From the human T2T-CHM13v2.0 reference genome, Homo sapiens, in the NCBI RefSeq assembly GCF_009914755.1, contig NC_060926.1: a stretch of 64,000 nt of DNA. One strand, written 5' to 3'. The position numbers and the translations under genes are program-made. Positions 57,747 to 64,000 of the stretch are shown one piece after another. Positions within the stretch are counted from its first letter, which is position 1. Every line of letters starts with the position of its first letter. Under the pieces are notes generated by a model that saw only the letters and a list, made by a program, of their open reading frames with translations, did no database searches and was not told where the DNA came from.

Positions 57747-58489
57747 TGAAGGGGTCCAGAATATGACATCCCAAAATATGCCACTTTGGCATAGGCTTAT
57801 TCTGAGATGAAGGCAGTTGAGAAAAAATCAAACACAGGAAAAGTTCTCTGCTCTTTCCTTCTGCCTAAAAGCACGATGTAAATTTTCCTTGTGGAGATAT
57901 CTGCTTCTCTCCTTCTTGTACCAGGAAGAGGAGATTAACCCTTATTACTGCAGGCAGAGATGGCACCAAGATGATTCTGTGTAAATAAGCTTTACTAAAT
58001 AACTTTCATCTGCCATTCCATAGTTTCCCCTATGTATTTACATTCCCACATTTTACTGCCCTAGAAACCAAAGCCTTCCTTCCTTTGTCTAGTCATTTGT
58101 CTAAATTTATCATCCTTTGTTAAAATGGTATATAGGCACCCAAGTCCAACCACTCTTTCGGAGTTTTCACTTCTTTTCTTTTTTTTTATTATTATTATAC
58201 TTTAAGTTTTAGGGTACATGTGCACAATGTGCAGGTTAGTTACATATGTATACATGTGCCATGCTGGTGCGCTGCACCCACTAACTCGTCATCTAGCATT
58301 AGGTATATCTCCCAATGCTATCCCTCCCCCCTCCCCCCAACTTCTTTTCTGTGAAACCCATCATACATGTAAAAAATAGTAACGTCAAATGGAAAGTGTA
58401 TGGAACGTTAATACTACTTTTGTCAGTTTAATTCACAGGCCCCTTCCAAATAACCTAAGAGAATAGAGAAAATTTTTTCCTCCACTACA
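57747..58489 (+). mobile_element. ERV1 solo LTR (MER34-like)
   Basis: 'tgaaggggtccagaatatgacatcccaaaatatgccactttggcata' ... 'ttttttcctccactaca'; approximate TSD attt / gttt. Confidence 0.75.
58180..58339 (-). mobile_element. Very short young L1 (L1PA2-like) 3' end
   Basis: Nearly identical to the 3' end of the L1 at 2548-3591; TSD acttcttttct on both sides. Confidence 0.93.
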
Positions 58490-59574
58490 GTTTATTTATA
58501 TACTTTTACATTGATGCCTTTTATGTGACAAATGCTGCTAGGGTATGGATATTAGAAATGAGTAAACTTGATTAACTGCCATCACGATTCAGTGGAAAGA
58601 TGCATACAAAAGCACATAATCAAGATTCAGTGTAACATATTCCAGGAGAGATATTAGCACAAGGAACTATGGAATCACAGAGGAGAGGGACCACTAACCC
58701 CTTTAAATGAGAAGTTATCCAGTGTGTTTTTAGCTGTTAAATGAATATCATGTTACTCTGTCGTGTGCAATGAGATCTGATGGAGATCTCATTCATAAAT
58801 TCTCTCTCTCTTTCTGAATTTGTGTGTGTGAGAGAGATGAAAAGCATTTATTTAAGATGGTTTCTAGAGATGGGTTTACATAATGACACTAGGGACTATT
58901 TAGCAAAGAACTTTCCTGTCTTTAGCTTTGCCATATGCCATAGATTGAGCAAGGCATTTATAATCTATAAATTCAGTTTGCATATCTATTAAGAAGCATT
59001 AATTTAGATTATCACTTCTCAAATAGGGCTCCTCATATGAATTATAGGACACAGAAAATAATTTGAGTGGCTATTTTCTCAATTCTCCCAAGGATGGTAT
59101 ATAAGTCGTGACATTCTAAATGCATGAGAGAGAAATTAATTCATTTCATACAATGGATGCTTTAAGAGATTAGGGCTTAATTCTCTCAAGAACCCTGCTG
59201 CAATCTTATGTGGCTTTTAACTGGTTCATTGCTGCTCTATCCTCCACCCTCCTGCAAGCCAGGAGTCCAGGTTATAAATGAGGAATATAGGTCACAGGTG
59301 TCATTATATATCTCGCCTCTGTCTGTGATATAAGCCTCAGCTGATTATAGGGTTTGGCCTATATGGATTACTGCTGCTAAGGCTAGGATTGACACTGTCA
59401 TAACTTGCATAGGTTCTTTGTCCTTGAAAATGGAAATCTCAGAAAAGTAAGGAAAAAACCTCGAGTATTCTAATCTGATTTTAGAACTAGACCTCCTGAT
59501 AAAGAATTATGAACTTGAACTCAATCCAGGCTGCCATTGCTATATCAGGGAGTCATGGTTTCAGGAGAGCATAT

Positions 59575-59800
59575 TAAAATAACAATAACATAGAAAATGG
59601 CAGCTATTCATTATAAATAGTTGTTTTGTACATTATTTTATTTAATTATCATGAGAATCCTGAGCTAGCCTTCTTGTTCTCCATTTAACAGATGAGGAAA
59701 CTCAGAGGAGTTAGGTCAATTGCCCAAAATCCAGGGCTAGTAAGTAGCAGAGGCAGGTTGCACACCAATGTCTCCATAGCCTTGATAACCTTATACTGTG
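59575..59800 (-). mobile_element. MIR
   Basis: 'ctccatttaacagatgaggaaactcagaggagttaggtcaattgcccaaaatcca'. Confidence 0.75.
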
Positions 59801-60221
59801 CATCCTCTCTTTCAAGACAAATAGGAGTCAGGTTATGCTTCCTAGAGAGGAGGAGTGGCAAGAACTATACAAAGACTCTGAACCTGTCAAAGTACTAGAA
59901 AGACTGGACAAGCATGGAGATGACTTGGTTGACACTTGGAGGGTGCAAAGGTATTCCAGGTACTCTGAGGATCAAGCTAAAGGAAGGATCCCCAAATCTG
60001 CCTCCAGCAGCTGATGGCACTGAGTGTAAGGACAAACTGCTGCCTTGGCTGGAATTGATTCAGTGGCCCAGGGAGACAGGGGAGGAAAGAGGAGCTTGCA
60101 GATCTAAGCCCATTTGCAGATTAGTCAGGGAGGGGCTGGGATGGGTGCTGCTTTTGGTTCTATCCGTTGGAGCATGAACCTGTGCTCACATTTTTGGTTG
60201 TGACAATTTGCTTTGAAATGG

Positions 60222-60707
60222 TATAGTGGACCCTGTCAGTGCTGCCATATATCCTTCTCAGGTCAATTTTAATGTTTCTATACAATTATTCTTCAAATTT
60301 AGTAAGTTCTTGCCTTATTTTGAAGATTGTCTTCGGGCCAGTGGAGGATTCCTGCAGCATCAGATTGCCTGAGAGTTCACATCCTCAGGGCTGCCATTGG
60401 CTGGGTGACTGACACACAGGATCAGGGCTGCCCAGCCCCTTTATCTGGGTGAGATGGCTCTGAGATTGCTAAGCTCCTGACTTCTCTCCTGCAGGATCAG
60501 CTGAGGCTACTTCCGCAGGAAGATTGTCTGAAATTATCCGCTTCTCTCTCTCTCTCTCTGTCTGTCTGTCTGTCTGTCTCTCTCTCACTAGTTTCTCCTT
60601 AATAAGTAATTTGCTCATGGTCTGTCTCTCACTAGTCCTTCCTTAATAAGTAATTTGCTCAAGATCCTTATCTCAAGAGCTGCTTCAGGGAAAACACACC
60701 TAAGACA
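60222..60707 (+). mobile_element. ERVL solo LTR (LTR16-like)
   Basis: Start 'tatagtggaccctgtcagtgctgcc', end 'tctcaagagctgcttcagggaaaacacacctaagaca'. Confidence 0.55.
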
Positions 60708-61506
60708 TACAGTATTCTTGTTTATATGTTACATACTTATATATTCAGCCAATGTTCCAAATTCACGGGAAGTCGTGTTCACTGAAAAAAGAGCCTAGGG
60801 TTTGGGGCCAGATGAATCTTGAATCTTGCTCAAATACAAACTGAACCACTGCTACTGAGGGCTTTGGGTGAGGCACCATCCCCGTCTGGTTGCTTGTTTC
60901 ATAATGTGTGAAATATCAATAATGATACTTAAATTGGAGGAGTCTGGATTTAATGGGATAAAGTATTTAAAGCATCTGGTACTCATTGGTACTAATTATT
61001 AAAACCCCAAGCAAAATAAGATTCTAATCTCAGGACAGTCACAGAAAAACCACATTTAAAATATTATTTTCATTGTGTGATGTTTTTGCATAGATCTCTC
61101 CTATAAAAAAAGAAAAAATATTGTATAGCCTGGCCTTTCTAGAGACAGGCAGTGCCCTCCCCACTTGGAGTACTGTATTGTTGCTGCCAATTTGTTCTCA
61201 CCCTCAGGAGGCACTGTGGTCTGTGGACAGAGAAATAAATATTTCTGTTTGTTTCTTCATTTAGTATATGTCAGTCCTGCATTGATCTTGGCTATTTCCC
61301 TCAAAGGGATGCATGTAGAAGCAGTTTTCACAGCACAGATAAATATTAAAGGCATATTTAGCTCCCTGTAGTGAACAAGGCTGAGGAGACAAACGGGCAC
61401 ATCACTGAAGGAGGCGTTTGAAGGTAAATTAAGAGCCGGCCATCAAAGTGACCCTCATGTATGCCCGCAGAAAGTGTGCCTTTCAGAAAACTCGATGACC
61501 TCTTCA

Positions 61507-61603
61507 GTTCCTCTATGGGAGTGTGGTTGGGTTGAGCCCTGCATAATTTCTGTTCCTCTATGGGAGTGTGGTTGGGTTGAGCCCTGCATAATTTCTGTTC
61601 CTC
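61507..61603. repeat. Perfect 45-bp tandem duplication
   Basis: gttcctctatgggagtgtggttgggttgagccctgcataatttct x2, followed by gttcctc. Confidence 0.97.
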
Positions 61604-61920
61604 AAGCCCAAAGTAGTTTTTTCTGATTTGTTAAATATTCTACTCACAGAAGTACGTGATCATGATTTTTCCTGTGTTTTATAAAGTATAAGAATTTCTT
61701 TCTTGGAAATGGTATGGGCTTTGGATTGGCACCCAACTGCCCCAACAAGAGGATGAGGAAACCTTGAGGATTTGTTCAATAGGATCTTGTCTCTGACTAG
61801 GGATGAGGAACCATTTATTATCTTGTGGCCACTCCAGACACAGAAGACTGTTCCTTGCCCCTCTGCTTTGGTTCATACTGTTTTCTCTGCCTGGTATTTC
61901 CAACCCTTTCCTTATCCCTA

Positions 61921-62435
<515 letters not shown>

Positions 62436-64000
62436 AGATTTATTCATTTTGGGTCCTTCAGTACTGGGCAAATAATATGTGCTCAATATACATTGGTTAG
62501 TAACAGAACAGTCATATAGCCATGGAGTATTAATTGAGGTATATTATATGCAAGACACTGTGTTAGATGCTAGAGAAGATATTGAAAAATAAAATATAAT
62601 GCTGCTTTCTATAATTAGAATCCCTAATGAACTATCATGCCAATTACACAAGGAGGGGGGATTTCTGTCTGTTTGGTTCACTGATGTTTCCCAACCCCCT
62701 AGAATAGTGCCTGACACATAGTTGGCCCTCAGTAAATATTTAATGAATGAAAGAATGCCTTCCACTTGGTAACAGTTTTAGCTTTCTCAATGATGCGTCC
62801 TGTTTTATATTATGCAATGAACAATGCGTTGCTTTGATTGCCACATCAGACATCCTCATTTACAAGGTAAACCCCTCTGAAAAAAGTGAGGGAGTTATTT
62901 TCAATGCTACCTTAACCAAATAGAAACAAATTAATTTCTTGTTTAAAGTTGCTTTTCAAAAGTTCTTGTTCGTTAGAAGGATGAATGGTACCTGAGGCCA
63001 AGGGAAGCTGGTTGCTTTTGAGCTCAAACACTTCCTATGAGAAGTGCAATTGTGTGTAAGGTCTGGTCTATCAGTGGCCACTGAAAATATGTGTTGAGCT
63101 GTTGATTGTTTTACCTCAATTTAGAGCATTAAATAGAAAATGTTTTCCTGATTGGAAGTCATTTCTGCTCTTTCTGGGTTGTTTGTAAGGACTTCATCAC
63201 AAGGGTAGCTTTTATCTCCTCTTTCTTTAAATAATCTGGGAGGTTGCTGGAACCCTCAGTAAATTACTTCAAAGATAGGCTCTGTCATTGGAATAAATCC
63301 TGAAAGACCCATCGCAGGTAGCTCTGTAGGAATTTTTGATGGAAAAATGGAAAAATACCTTGGTGTCCTAGGACACTTTTGACTCTAAAGAGAGATGACC
63401 AGTGAATTACAAAATATAAATCTATTCCGAAACTCGGAATCTAAGGAAATTAAATTTAGCTGCAATTGAGAGCAGTTAAGGAGGGGAAAAAATAACAAAT
63501 GTAGAAAACTCGTAGCCTATAAGTTTTATCTTTAAATGTTCTATCTGTTAGTATTCCTTATTAGGACTTATATTTTGGGGAAAATAAATTTTGTATTTGA
63601 ATTCTTAGAAAAGAATATTCTTCCTAGTTCAAACTAGACAACAAAGATATCTTCATTTCACAGGGGTGATTTTCTGGAGGAAAAGAAAGGGGAAGGTAGT
63701 TAGGAGAATCAGGCAACTATGGGGCTGAAGAGGGGAGAGGAGGGCACAAGTGGGGAGAGGGCAGAAAGTAAAATGCTGGGGCACCTCAAGAAGAGAAGAG
63801 AACAGGCTTAGCTCAGCATCTTCTTACAAGTGCCTGCCATAGAAACTGCGGGAGCTTCACCAGCCTTCTTCTCATCCTTCATGACAGAAGGGGTCTGAGA
63901 TTTTGGTGAGCAGGGAGGACATGAAGAGAAAAGATTCCACTGGAGTGATTAAGGTTGCCTACATGGCTGGTGAGTGCGTGAGGTTGTATTCCTGCCTTCC

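Noticed and set aside
61372-61423. AG...GT bounded 52-nt exon-like segment
   Set aside because: Stop codons in all three frames and a weak polypyrimidine tract; no support.

Overview
Primate, almost certainly human-like, non-coding genomic DNA. It is AT-rich and dominated by interspersed repeats: Alu J/S/Y, L1PA/PB/M, L2, MIR, hAT and Tigger DNA transposons, and solo LTRs. I found no credible protein-coding exon, RNA gene or CpG-island promoter. The longer ORFs are L1 ORF2 remnants, Alu read-throughs or translations of a TA/CA microsatellite. The main structure is a ~4.9 kb local inverted duplication (arms ~47611-49445 and ~50025-52547, ~580 bp spacer). Its identity peaks mid-arm, its inner junction carries fold-back micro-inversions, and a foreign ~0.6 kb segment sits inside the right-arm Alu. 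Other notable items: a 26-bp exact copy of an LTR/L1 junction 5 kb from its donor, an orphan poly(A)+TSD retro-insertion inside a MaLR LTR, a 1.8 kb microsatellite grown inside a hAT MITE, two old L1s with 5' inversions, and several recent small tandem duplications. Subfamily names come from recalled consensus motifs and identities were counted by eye, so both need RepeatMasker/alignment confirmation. I see no evidence of a new gene system, only unusually clear structural-mutation footprints.
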